DNA of 36,674 nt from Macrostomum lignano (GCA_002269645.1 NIVC01004079.1:1-36674), one strand, 5' to 3'. Counted from the stretch's first letter, positions 12,438 through 23,778 are shown. Numbers and translations are program-made. Notes: a model not told the origin generated them from the sequence alone.

Positions 12438-13976
12438 CGTCATCGGTCGGGCAAAACGCTGCTTTGCCCAGCTGCGCAGAGCCATCGGGCCGACTTGGGG
12501 CCTCTCGCCTAGAACGGTCCGTTGGATTTATACCGGCATCATCCGGCCCAGTATCACATACGCGAGTCTCATCTGGACTAGCGTGCTGGAGCAGAAGGCC
12601 GCCCGTCAGCGGCTGTACCAGCTTCAGGGCAGCATTTGCCGTGCCATCACAGGTGCGTACCCGTCCACCCCTTACGAGGGGCTGAACACTATCCTTAACC
12701 TACCTCCGCTTCACCTATTTATTAGGGCGGAGGCTATGAAGTCTGCCTCCCGGCTTATCAGAGATAAAACGTTAAATAACGCGCCCTCTGGCTTTATGCC
12801 AATGAAAACATTAATCCCGCATATGGACTTTGTCCGCCGCGACCTTAACAACATCCACATGGACCTGGGCAATGTGGATAGTCGACCTCCCGCCCTCAAC
12901 ATCAGGAGGGGCTTCAAGACCGCCATCCCTGGCCGAGACAACATTCCGCTGGATGTCGGTGTGAACCGGCGCAGCCAGGGCATTCACTGCTTCACCGACG
13001 GCTCGCTGTTCAACGGCCGCGCTGGAGCGGGTATTGCCATTTTCCACGAGGGTAAGATGCTTCTCCAGGAAAGTCTGCACCTCGGTGAGAACACCTCAGT
13101 TTTCCAAGCTGAAATTTGCGCCATTGAGCAGTGTGCCCAGCAACTGTTTCAGGCGAACATTAATAATTTTGACATTAATTTCTACACTGATAGCCAAGCT
13201 GCTATTAAGGCCTTAACCACTGAGAATATCTCCGCTGCTACAGTATCTCAATGCCACCGCAGTGTGCAATCTCTCTCAGTCCTTAACAGGATTAGAATTA
13301 TCTGGACACCTGGTCACAGCAACATCCTGGGCAACGAGCTCGCGGACTCTCTCGCCAAGGAGGGCAGCAACCCAGACGGCAACCACCGTCTGATGAGGCT
13401 ACCCACCCCCAGGTCGCAAGTCACCCGCCATATCAACAGGTGGCTCCATCAGCAGCACCAGCTCCACTGGAACAGCTGCACCGAGTACAGGCAGAGCCGC
13501 TCTGCCATGCCTAACCTGAACAGGAAAGTCTCTGATTATCTGATTTCGCTTAACAGAACCGACCTCAGGGAGATGTGCATGGTCCTAACCGGCCACGGAT
13601 TCTTCCAGAGACATATATCGTTGCAAACCGGTTGCCCTCCCACCTGTCCCTTCTGTGGCATAGGAGAGGAGACCGCGGAGCATCACGTCACCTTCTGCCC
13701 TTACTTCAACAAGGCGCGGCACAAATACCTCGGCCACCCCCAGCGGATGGACGAGCTGACCACCGCGGACAATATCCGAGACCTCCGCGCCTTCGTCCGG
13801 GACTCCGGCCGGATGAGGGTCGCCGATGCCTCCACTGCGGACCTGCCGACTACTGGCGGGGACTGGGCGCACCCCCAAGGCTAATCCTTGTGCTCTTTTA
13901 CCTTGGGGTTGCGATAGGGGCCTCGCGGCCTATTCGCGGCGCCTGCGCCCCCCGTCAGTAGTAAGTAAGTAAGTAA
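12434..13976 (+). mobile_element. 5'-truncated non-LTR retrotransposon (LOA/Lian-like, I group): RT C-terminus, RNase H and Cys/His knuckle, (GTAA)n tail
   Basis: [21 protein letters not shown] (post-RT region typical of LOA-type elements); RNase H with FTDGS, FQAEI, YTDSQ, WTPGHS, GNELAD; CPFC...ETAEH...CP; stop at 13884; tail gtagtaagtaagtaagtaa; identical 16-bp flanks taaccagtgtcaccag at 12418-12433 and 13974-13989. Confidence 0.92.
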
Positions 13977-14092
13977 CCAGTGTCACCAGGTATGGAAGAG
14001 AGTCCTTAACCAGTGTCACCAGGTATGGAAGATTTCTTAACCAGTGTCACCTCCAGGTATGGAAGATTCCCTAGCCAGTTTCACCTCCAGGT
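13974..14092. repeat. Continuation of the tandem array right of the LINE (33-bp and 34-bp variant units, then decay)
   Basis: The same ttaaccagtgtcacc(tcc)aggtatggaaga core recurs 3-4 times with increasing divergence. Confidence 0.9.
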
Positions 14093-14316
14093 ATGAGAGA
14101 CTCCTTCGCCAGGACCAGTCACCTTCAGATATGGAGGACACCTTGTATGAGCGCAATAAATAAGGATTCTTTGAATTCTGCAGTCCCCCTGTCTGCAACA
14201 GCTGTATAGAAAAATTACCCTTTGACTCTTGCACTGAAATGGGACTTTAAGATCGTCCAGATATCCCATTTGGTGATTAATAAAAAAACTTTTTGCTCAG
14301 TTGTGTCTGTCTAAGG

Positions 14317-14684
14317 CAGGGGGTAAACAAACTCCGGCCTCTCTATCTGGCCCTTGGTTCCTTTGAAGCTTCACGATAGCAACCCTGATTTATAGATATT
14401 CTCTACTCTCTTCTCTCTAGTCTCGTTTTCCCATATTCTCTCATCTCTCTCATCTCTTCTCTCATTTCATCTTTAATTTCATATATCCTCTCATCTACAA
14501 GCTACTCTCTCTTCTCTCCTCTCAGTCTCATCTCCTCTCTTGCCTCTCCTATTTATTCACTTCTCTCACCTCCCATCGCCTCTTCTCCCTCCTCTATTCC
14601 CTCTCCCTCTCTTTTCCTCACTCATCTGGCCCGGAGCAGATTATTTATCTGGTCCTTGAGGTAAAAAAAGTTTTCCGACCCCTG
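14317..14684. mobile_element. Probable old hAT-type MITE with a CT-rich interior
   Basis: Left end cagggggtaaacaaact; right end reverse-complements to caggggtcggaaaact (imperfect TIRs resembling hAT CAGGGGTC..AAACT). Flanking 8-mers gtctaagg and atccagag match at only 4 of 8. Interior 14400-14625 is almost pure pyrimidine. Confidence 0.5.
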
Positions 14685-16262
14685 ATCCAGAGCTTTTGAG
14701 CCTAAAACTGACCCTGACGACAGAATATACAGAATACTCTGTGGACCCTGACAGTGCCGGGAACAAAGACTAAAACATAATTATTAAGCACAAGCGCTTC
14801 TTTAGCACAAGCAATCAAGCGCCGAGTCTTCAAACCCTTAGAACCCTTAGTAACTGGGTAGCATATCAATCAGTACGGAACCCTCGCTTGTGTCTGGCTT
14901 GTTCGGTCATGGCTAGACAAAAGCTTGCCAATTAGTCAGTGCAATTTTTTAAGCTTGTAATCAGGCACTTTGTACTCGTATCTCTAGGCCATAGTAGTAA
15001 GAAAGAAATGTTCGGCGTTTGAGTCAGACTTTATCATTTGCAATCTTGTACTATGTGCTGGTACGTGTTTTACAGACTAAAAATAGTGACTTTGCGACCC
15101 AGCGAGGGCTTTGACTCAGCCGGAAAATGTGAACTTCTCTCTTGATTCGGGGAGAGGAGGCGGGGAGCCAAAAGTTTTTTCTCTACTCCCAGTGCCCGAA
15201 AGCTGCCTGCTATCTCCAGATCATTCTGTGCATGCAATGCACTGTCAAATCAAGAAGAAGTACCATTAATTCCTGATCCAGTATTTAGTGCGCCCAGCTT
15301 TTACCGCTCAGTCAAGAGAAGAGAGAAAGGTAGAAAGAAATTACGGCTGGCTACTCAATTCCGATTTCGTGAGCCAGCTCTCGGGGCGGGTAGAGGTGGG
15401 TCAACTGACCTGATGCGACCCTCACCCTTTGTTAGCTAACTTACATTAGATTTCCTAGTCTATGTCCAATTTTCCATGGAGTTTCAATGCCGGCAAGATA
15501 AATAGACTGCATCTGACTTCCAGGGTACACTGGCAAGGTGAACATATTAGGCCGCTCCCCAAGATTCTCCGCGCATTCCTAGATGGGCGGGCAGCTCCCA
15601 GTCATGGGAATCAGGACGAACCCTCCTAGGGCAGGGGACTATCGTGTGTACTTTTTTCGGGAGACTTCTTTCGCTTTCCTAATCCCCTCCGAGCAAGGGG
15701 CTAGAAAGGAAGACCTTTTCCACGCATAGCGGACACTGGGCTCACGTCCTCCTGATGGACAGGAAAGAAAGAAGAGGGGAAATGAAATATCATTACGGAA
15801 AGGCTTGTAAAAGTTCAGATTTGAACCCAGGTTGGGCTACAATGCGGGCTGCAGGAAGGAAACGGTGCGGGTCTTCTTAGGGTTGCAGATGGCGGCACCA
15901 GTCAGGATGCGGGATCGGGATCTTTTCAGGAGGGCGGGATAGTGGGCTAAACGCGCTGGAAAGGATCGAGCTATAGGCGAAGAAGCATTGGTTCAAATTT
16001 CGGGGGGCACAGAGTAGTCTGGATGGACAGATTTGGCCAAGCAGAGAAGCCGCACCCCCCCTCCACCCCCGCGTCTTCTAATGCAAATCGATTTTGCGGG
16101 CTTTCTCTTAATGCGGACTGGGTATATCGGATTCCGTGTAATGTGCCCTGTCTCCAAGCTCAGACTGACACGTGCCTTTGCAAATATTCTCCTCTACCTT
16201 TACTTTTATAAGCTGCTATAGTGCATAGAGAGCTGCCCTGCCCCAGAGGTCAAGGCTGCTGG

Positions 16263-16913
16263 AACACAGATCGAGTCTCTGCAACACAGAGACGCTGAAA
16301 CACAGATCGAGTCTCTGCAACACAGAGACGCTGCAACACAGATCGAGTCTCTGCAACACAGAGACGCTGAAACACAGATCGAGTCTCTGCAACACAGAGA
16401 CGCTGCAACACAGATCGAGTCTCTGCAACACAGAGACGCTGCAACACAGATCGAGTCTCTGCAACACAGAGACGCTGCAACACAGATCGAGTCTCTGCAA
16501 CACAGATCGAGTCTCTGCAACACAGAGACGCTGCAACACAGATCGAGTCTGCAACACAGATCGAGTCTGAAACACAGAGACGCTGCAACACAGATCGAGT
16601 CTGAAACACAGAGACGCTGCAACACAGATCGAGTCTCTGCAACACAGATCGAGTCTCTGCAACACAGAGACGCTGCAACACAGATCGAGTCTGCAACACA
16701 GATCGAGTCTGAAACACAGAGACGCTGCAACACAGATCGAGTCTCTGCAACACAGATCGAGTCTCTGCAACACAGAGACGCTGCAACACAGATCGAGTCT
16801 GCAACACAGATCGAGTCTGAAACACAGAGACGCTGCAACACAGATCGAGTCTGAAACACAGAGACGCTGCAACACAGATCGAGTCTCTGCAACACAGATC
16901 GAGTCTGCAACAC
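16263..16913. repeat. Compound minisatellite of 16/18/20-bp subunits (gcaacacagatcgagtct(ct), gcaacacagagacgct)
   Basis: Direct inspection; it explains the three repetitive minus-strand ORFs at 16206-16982. Confidence 0.97.
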
Positions 16914-17868
16914 AAGTAACACTCTAACGCAAGAAGTCAAAACAATACAGCAGCTTTGCGCAGCTTCTATGCCAGTAGGCATTCTGTAGCTTTCTGGCGT
17001 AACTTGTACTGCTTTTAGCCCCCAGTTTTTTAAATGCAGACATTAGTTGCAGTTGCAGTCGACTGTGTGGCTTAATATCGAAGCTGCAGTCAAGACATCA
17101 AAATATCAAGCAAAAAAACACTGTAGCTTCCAACCCTAGCCTACTGCGGCAGATGCTGGAATGGCAATGGCGAACGGTCGATCTGTGGTAGAAGAGTATT
17201 TCAAGCGAATTGGCCTTACACAGTTTCCCAGAAGGCAAATCACAAAGTACTAGCAGTCTAAGAGTGTATCGAAATTGCAGCATTTGCAGGCGTCAGAATT
17301 ATATTTAATCGATTTCTTGCACTGCGAATTCACGAAATAATTTTCTTTTGACAACGACGGTGATTACAAAAAATGCTACCTGCCATTGGCGAAACTGTAG
17401 CGCGACTAAACTTCAGGTGGGGACGCCAGAGACAGAGAGACCGAAATCCACAGGTGATGTGTGACCATTGACTATTCAGCCAAGATCAAAACGACTTTGA
17501 GAAGCAACGACAAAAGAATATTGATTGCAACATTTTGCACATAGTAAATTTAATTGCACAGATTAACTGGTCTCTCACTGGTTGGCGCCAGGCAATTTGG
17601 AAACTGGGAAATTTGTACACGTCAAAGAGATGCAGAGAGAGTCGATAAATGAAAACAAATGCCTAGCAGACGGTCGGATCGGTTGGGTGAAGGAATGCGA
17701 CTGGTTGATACCAATTATTACTCGAACAGTATGTACACCTGCTGGGAAGGAGTGTATTGAATACTAGATGCGCGTATTGAGGTGCTGAGTTAGGGTCATT
17801 GGAGAGCTCATTACAAACTAGCGAATGTTGATACCAGCGTATCTATATATCTGTACTAAAATTTAAAT

Positions 17869-17897
17869 TTTAGTCCAGCCCAAACGGCTGGACTAAA
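17869..17897. other. Perfect 12-bp inverted repeat with a 5-nt loop
   Basis: tttagtccagcc-caaac-ggctggactaaa. Confidence 0.9.
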
Positions 17898-18050
17898 GCT
17901 AAATGGGCGTTACAAGCTATAAAAATGAATAAATATAAAGACAAGACGAACAATAACTAAACATTTTATCACCTAAACTAAACACAGCAAAAGTGAGGGA
18001 GTCTCAGTCGTACTTGGGCCGTGCTGCGATTCGTCTGACTTTAATTTCAC

Positions 18051-18200
18051 CGGTGAGAACGCCGTCAAAGTAGGCGCTCTTGGTCTCCTTGTACTCGGCC
18101 AGGTAGGAGGACATCGACTTTGCCGAGATGGCGTTGCTGCGGGTGCGCACCTGCTGAGACTGGCGCGGTCTCATCCCGCCGCGGCCAAGCGCTGGGAATA

Positions 18201-18253
<53 letters not shown>

Positions 18254-18657
18254 GGCTGCTGCTGCTGCTTTTGGTTTTGCTGCTGCTGTTTCTGTTGCTG
18301 CTGCACCAGCTGCTGTTGGTGCTGCAGACTGAGACTGAGTGAACTGCAGGCTCTGTCTCGGCTGCACGCCGGGCCCATGAGTACAGCCTGACCGGAGTCG
18401 AAAGCTAGCGACAGTCGAGCGGTGGCCATCACCGGCGACTCCTCGAAGCCGGCGCCTTCGCCGCCGCTGCTGCTGAAATCGGCGCAGGTGCTGGTGCTGG
18501 CGCTGGTGCTACAGCTGCAGCTGCTGCTGGCGGCCAGGGACTGGGCCGACTCAGCCTGCTGCAGGGCCGAAGCCTGGCAGTTTAGCATCAGGCTGGCGCT
18601 GTCGTCTGGCGCGGCGGCCAGCGCCAGCTGGGCCTCCTCGCAGCTGGTGAATTCCAT
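18051..18657 (-). CDS. Probable first coding exon of an unidentified gene with Ser/Ala-rich N-terminus and polyQ tract
   Basis: GC-rich open frame from ATG 18657 in AT-richer surroundings; polyQ followed by ordered-looking RSNAISAKSMSSYLAEYKETKSAYFDGVLTG; phase-1 donor G|GTGAAA at 18051/18050 (otherwise the frame stops at 18004). Confidence 0.55.
18202..18312. repeat. (CAG)n microsatellite on the minus strand; 17 pure triplets at 18202-18252 plus interrupted repeats
   Basis: Counted from the sequence. Confidence 0.97.
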
Positions 18658-19647
18658 CTCGTCCGGCTGCTTTCACTGCGCGTCGGATCTTGCTAGATGA
18701 CCGCTTAACTAAAGCTTAGTGGGAGTGGCCTGGGGGCAGGCAAGGCGGCTGGGACTGTCTGGACGTGACGGTCTGAACTCACTCACTCTTTCTTTCTTTC
18801 TTTCTCTGGCTCTTTCTTCTTCTTGTCTTTCCCTTATTCTTGCGATTGCGCCGGCTTGGGGTCTTTTTGTACTTCAACGAGGTGGAGTCCGGGCGGCTGA
18901 GGTGCGGGTGTTGTGGAGGGGGAAACGACAGGTGAGGAGGGGTCCGCGGGACTCTCTGTCCGTCCAGCCAACCCCACATAGTCTCTCTTTCTGTCCCTCC
19001 CCCTCTGCCCCCTGATTGCACAGTTCCCGCGTCAACTGCGCAGGGGCTGCAGACAGAGAAAGAGAGGAATGGCAAATGGCAAAGAGGCAGCGATAAGCAA
19101 AGCGGGGGGGGGGGGTTGTGGGTAAGAAAAAATTGAAAGGTGGACCAGTTTAGTAAGAGTGCTGAATTTTCTGTACGCCTGCCTATTATGAAAGTCATGG
19201 GCTTTGGGGCTGGCGGGCAAAGATATAGAGATGCGATATTATCCATTAAGCTTCTGAGTGCGCGTACTTCGGACGTACGTGAACTTAGTAGCAGCACTTT
19301 TTCTCAATTGCATTGGCTCCGCTCTATTCTTTAAAAAAATGCAGCAATTTTATAAAAAAGCAGATGGAATGCTTCAATTCCAACCGCATTCATCCGGATG
19401 AAATGAGATGAATTGCTGAGTCTATTGTTGGAATTTTTTTAAATTGAATGCACGCAAAGCTACGCTCATATAATATAAAGGTGCTTGGAATTCTGGCTGG
19501 AGTGGCAATTTGGAGGGGTGCAGGAAAAGAAGCAGTTCAACTGGGATTGCGGCGGTAAGGATCCCCTTGTCTTGAAAGCAATCCAACACCAAGGACTACT
19601 TTTATCAGCAATAGCGCCTGTTGAATTAAAGTGAATTGAAGTGCGAC

Positions 19648-20245
19648 ACAGTGAGTGACTGAGGAGAGTGAGTCGCAGAGAGTGACAGTGTGACTGAGGG
19701 ACAGTGTGACTGAGGACAGTGAGTCACAGAGAGTGACAGTGTAAATGAGGAGAGTGAGTCACAGCGAGTGACAGTGTGACTGAGGGACAGTGTGACTGAG
19801 GGACAGTGTGACTGAGGGACAGTGTGACTGAGGGACAGTGTGACTGAGGGACAGTGTGACTGAAAAAAATGAGTCACAGAGAGTGACAGTGTGAATGAGG
19901 AGAGTGAGTCATAGAGAGTGACAGTGTGACTGAGAAGAGTGAGTCACAGAGAGTGACAGTTTGACTGAGGAGAGTGAGTCACAGAGAGTAACTGAGGACA
20001 GTGAGTCACAGAGAGTAACTGAGGACAGTGAGTCACAGAGAGTAACTGAGGACAGTGAGTCACAGAGAGTAACTGAGGACAGTGAGTCACAGAGAGTAAC
20101 TGAGGAGTAACTGAGGACAGTGAGTCACAGAGAGTGACTGAGGAGAGTAAGTCACAGAGAGTGACAGTATGACTAAGGAGAGTGAGTCACAAAGAGTGAC
20201 TGAGGATAGTGAGTCACAGAGTGACTGAGAGTGATGCAGAGTGAC
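19648..20245. repeat. Minisatellite built on 16-bp gacagtgtgactgagg and related gagtcacagagagt subunits
   Basis: Direct inspection. Confidence 0.95.
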
Positions 20246-20607
20246 AGGACAGGTAGTGGTGGCAGAAGACTAGTTAATTCAGAAGCTGTAGCAAAGCAGC
20301 AGTAACGCAGGAAAGAAACTAAAAGGTTTCATAGGCCCGTAAAAACGCGCGCAGCGATCGCCCCCGCGCTTGCATTTGTTATGCACGCTTTCTGCAAGAT
20401 TCTGCAGTATCTGAGTTTGCCAGTGCAACGGTTTTTTATCAGATCCCAGGTGCAGCTCGTTTCCGCTCCTGAATGAAGGCTGCATTCCGAACTGGAATAC
20501 ATTTAGCTACTCTGGTGCTGATGCCTTGCCTAAACTTGATAACCTTGTGGCGTAACAGGATGGGTATTTACCTAGCAACAGACTTCACCTTTGAATTAAA
20601 TAACCTA

Positions 20608-21150
20608 TAACCATAAACCCCACCAACCATAAACCCCTAACAACCATAAACCCCTACCAACCATAAACCCCCACCAACGCTAAACTCCCAGCAACCATAA
20701 ACCTTAACAACCATTAACCCCCAACAACCATAAACTCCCACCAACCATAAACCCCTAACAACCATAAACCCCTACCAACCATAAACCCCCACCAACGCTA
20801 AACTCCCAGCAACCATAAACCTTAACAACCATTAACCCCAACAACCATAAACCCCAACCAACCATAAACCCCCACCAACCATAAACCCCCACCAACCATA
20901 AACCCCCACCAACCATAAACCCCTAACAACCATAAACCCCCACCAATCATAAACCCCACCAACCATAAACTCCCACCAACCATAAACCCCACCAACCATA
21001 AACCCCCACCAACAATAAACCCCACCAACGCTAAACTCCCACCAACCATAAACCCCCAACAACCATAAACCCCCACCAACCATAAACCCCTAACAACCAT
21101 AAACCCCCACCAACCATAAGCCTTAACAACCATAAACTCCAGAAACCATA
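20608..21150. repeat. C/A-rich minisatellite, 16-17-bp unit accaaccataaacccc (G-rich on the minus strand)
   Basis: Direct inspection. Confidence 0.96.
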
Positions 21151-21528
21151 AACTTCACGAGTCACAAACCCCAACTCCAATAACAATAAGCAAACCTTCT
21201 CTGGGGCACAGGTGTCGAGGCTTTTTATTTAAATTACCAAGGCATCTTCAGTCGCCAGATACACAGGTATGCAACACCCAGTAAGTTGCACTAAATAGTT
21301 TATATGCATGAAAGCGCCACGAAAGTCCGTTTCATTTTTGAACCGATTGATCTGCGCAGCGGCTACACTCTGCATTTTTACTTTCTGTCAACGCGGGTTT
21401 TCATTTGTTTAACTGCGAAAAACTGTATGCCATAAATTGAGCAGAAACATCTCTTGGATGGCAACAGGCTGTGGGATCAAGTTTAAGTACAGTTCAACCT
21501 CAACTACAGTGCAACTTCAAGGTTCGGG

Positions 21529-22053
21529 CGCTAGAGAGGGGGTTAGACTGGGCGTCAGAGAGGGGGTTAGACTGGGCGTCAGAGAGGGGGCTAGACTGGG
21601 CGTCAGAGAAGGAGTTAGACTGGGCGTCAGAGAGGGAGCTGGAATGGGTGTAAGGGAGGGGCTAGAATGGGTGTAAGGGAGGGGCTAGAATGGGTGTAAG
21701 GGAGGGGCTAGAATGGGTGTAAGGGAGGGGCTAGAATGGGTGTAAGGGAGGGGCTAGAATGGGTGTAAGGGAGGGGCCTAGGATGGGTGTCAGAGAGGAG
21801 GCTAGGAGGGGCGTCAGAGAGGGGGCTAGAATGGGTGTCAGGTAGGGGGCTAGGATGGGTGTCAGGGAGGGACCTAGGATGGGTGTCGGAGAGGGGGCTA
21901 GGAGGGGCGTCAGAGAGGGGGCTAGGAGGGGCGTCAGAGAGGGGGCTAGGAGGGGCGTCAGAGAGGGGGCTAGGAGGGGCGTCAGAGAGGGGCTAGGAGG
22001 GGCGTCAGAGAGGGGCTAGGAGGGGCGTCAGAGAGGGGCTAGGAGGGGCGTCA
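21529..22053. repeat. G-rich 23-24-bp minisatellite with three successive unit variants
   Basis: Units gagagggggttagactgggcgtca, then gggaggggctagaatgggtgtaa, then gagagggggctaggaggggcgtca. Confidence 0.96.
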
Positions 22054-22686
22054 GCAAGTACGCCAACTATAATGAGGCCGCGCTATCAAATGCCCGATAG
22101 TCATGTCAACCCAGCCAGTTTCCGTTCGCGGAAGCACCCTATTGATGATGGGTGTGATGTTATTTTTCTGGTTTCTAGGGAAAATAGAGGTCAGGCAATC
22201 CAGCTCCATAGTCAGAGCTTGTCACACATGTTGCCGGAATCGATCAGTCTATCGCTACTCCTGATCCGAAATATGGACATAAATCTAAAACCGGATTAAT
22301 AAAGCTGAATGGGGTTGACCCTTAGGGCCGTATGCAGAAAGCTCTGTCTAGGGTAGTCCGGTCTTGAAAAGCTAGTCTGGACTTGGATTTGGTATGCAGA
22401 AACACAAAGTTAGACCAGTCTACTATAGACCACAGATTGTATAAACACTAGATGGCTCACTCTCGATTCCTTCAGTGGAGGCCAAATTCTCACTGTCTAT
22501 GGTTGGAATCCCTCGCTCGCGAGACTTCGCCCCCCCCCGCGCCAGCAGCTTATAACTAGCGTAGAGCCAGCAAAAAACTTTTCTCTCACTGATTCTAGCA
22601 CACCCAGTTCTTTCTCCTGCAACAACTAGATAGAATTATATATTTGACACTGAACACCGAAGGCGAAGACCAACAAGCTTCTGGTA

Positions 22687-23778
22687 ATGAACTCAAAAAT
22701 CTGCTGTGCTGCAGGCTGCAAAAATAAGGCAGTTACCTCTCCGCCTCAAAACACCCCTATCAAGCTGCACCAATTTCCTCAAGATATGGCAACCGCTACG
22801 CGATGGATGCAGATTCTGGAGCTGCCGTTCCCGCTCGAGGAAGTTCGATGCAGACTTAAAAGTGTGCAGCGATCATTTTGTGGAAGAGGCGTACTCTTGC
22901 CCAGCTGCCATGCGACATGAACCAGGCTCTCGGCTGAAGTGGAACGCTCTTCCCGATCTGCAGCTAGTGATGCCTCGATTGCTGCCAGAGAATCTGGAGT
23001 CTGTCATCTTGCGGAGTGATGAGGAGGCGGACAACATGTACCCGCCACAGCTAACCAGGGAGACACAGCTAGTCACATCCGAGCAGGACGCAGCAGAACT
23101 GCAGCTTCAACAGCCTGCCGGCGCGTCCAAGATTGCGGCAGCGGTTCCCTCGCCCTTGTTGAGCAACGAAAAGACTCGACAGAAGAAAAAGCTAGATCAG
23201 AAACGGCGACAGAAAGCAAAGCAGAAGCAGCTGAGGCGTCAGAAGTCAATAGTGAAGAAGCTACGGCGTCAAGCCCTAAAGCTAAAGGCCCAAGCTGCTC
23301 TCAAGAACAACCTGGTCGGTCGGCTGCTGACCAAAGAGTATCGTCAGCGAAGACTCAAGCCTCTTCGGATGTGCTGGTCAGCAGAGGACATGGCCGCTGC
23401 TATTCAACTGCATCACAAGAGCCCTGCTGCGTATCGAATGCTGCGAGAAGATTGGGAGCTACCGCTACCATCGCACTCTTCATTGAAGCGACGGATCAAA
23501 ACGTACTTTGCGTCAACCGGGCTCTGCCCTGTAACTCTCAGTGGGCTATCCAAACACATGCAAAGTGGCGACAGTCGTGACCGAGTCTACCTTGTGCTAC
23601 CTTGCGCTTTGATGGTATGAGCATTTCCCGCTCGGTTCGTTACTATCAATACCAGGACGTGATCACTGGGCTTGCCACAATACCAGGAGTGCCAGGCGCA
23701 GCCAACCCTGTAGATGAGGTTGTTGTGGCTGTACTGCGCGGTGTTGGATCAAACTGGAAGCAGCCGATTGCGTACTAC
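22687..23778 (+). pseudogene. THAP-domain P-element-superfamily (THAP9-like) transposase, frameshifted twice and 3'-truncated
   Basis: THAP C2CH motif CAAGC...LHQFP...RW...VCSDHF split by a +1 shift near 22858-22861; basic coiled coil; WSAEDMAAAIQL...SPAAYRML...LPLPSHSSL (P-transposase HTH region); FDGMSI (first catalytic Asp) and VLRGVGSNWKQPIAYY after a second shift at about 23590. Similarity ends at 23778. Confidence 0.88.

Noticed and set aside
14760-16020. Possible repeat-derived segment
   Set aside because: No termini or coding motifs identifiable from the sequence alone.
16206-16982. CRISPR-like appearance (palindromic repeats) and 219-258 aa ORFs
   Set aside because: No unique spacers, no cas genes and a eukaryotic context; the ORFs are translations of the minisatellite.
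18065-18700. PolyAla ORFs on both strands
   Set aside because: These are alternative frames of the CAG tract; the polyQ frame has the start codon, donor site and ordered flanks.
19626-21996. Gly/Trp-rich and Ser/His-rich ORFs
   Set aside because: They are translations of the minisatellites.
22322-22440. TTA followed by GGGCCGTATGCAGAAAG, resembling a PIF/Harbinger terminus upstream of the THAP gene
   Set aside because: No matching inverted end was found in the window, and the transposase is P-type, not Harbinger.
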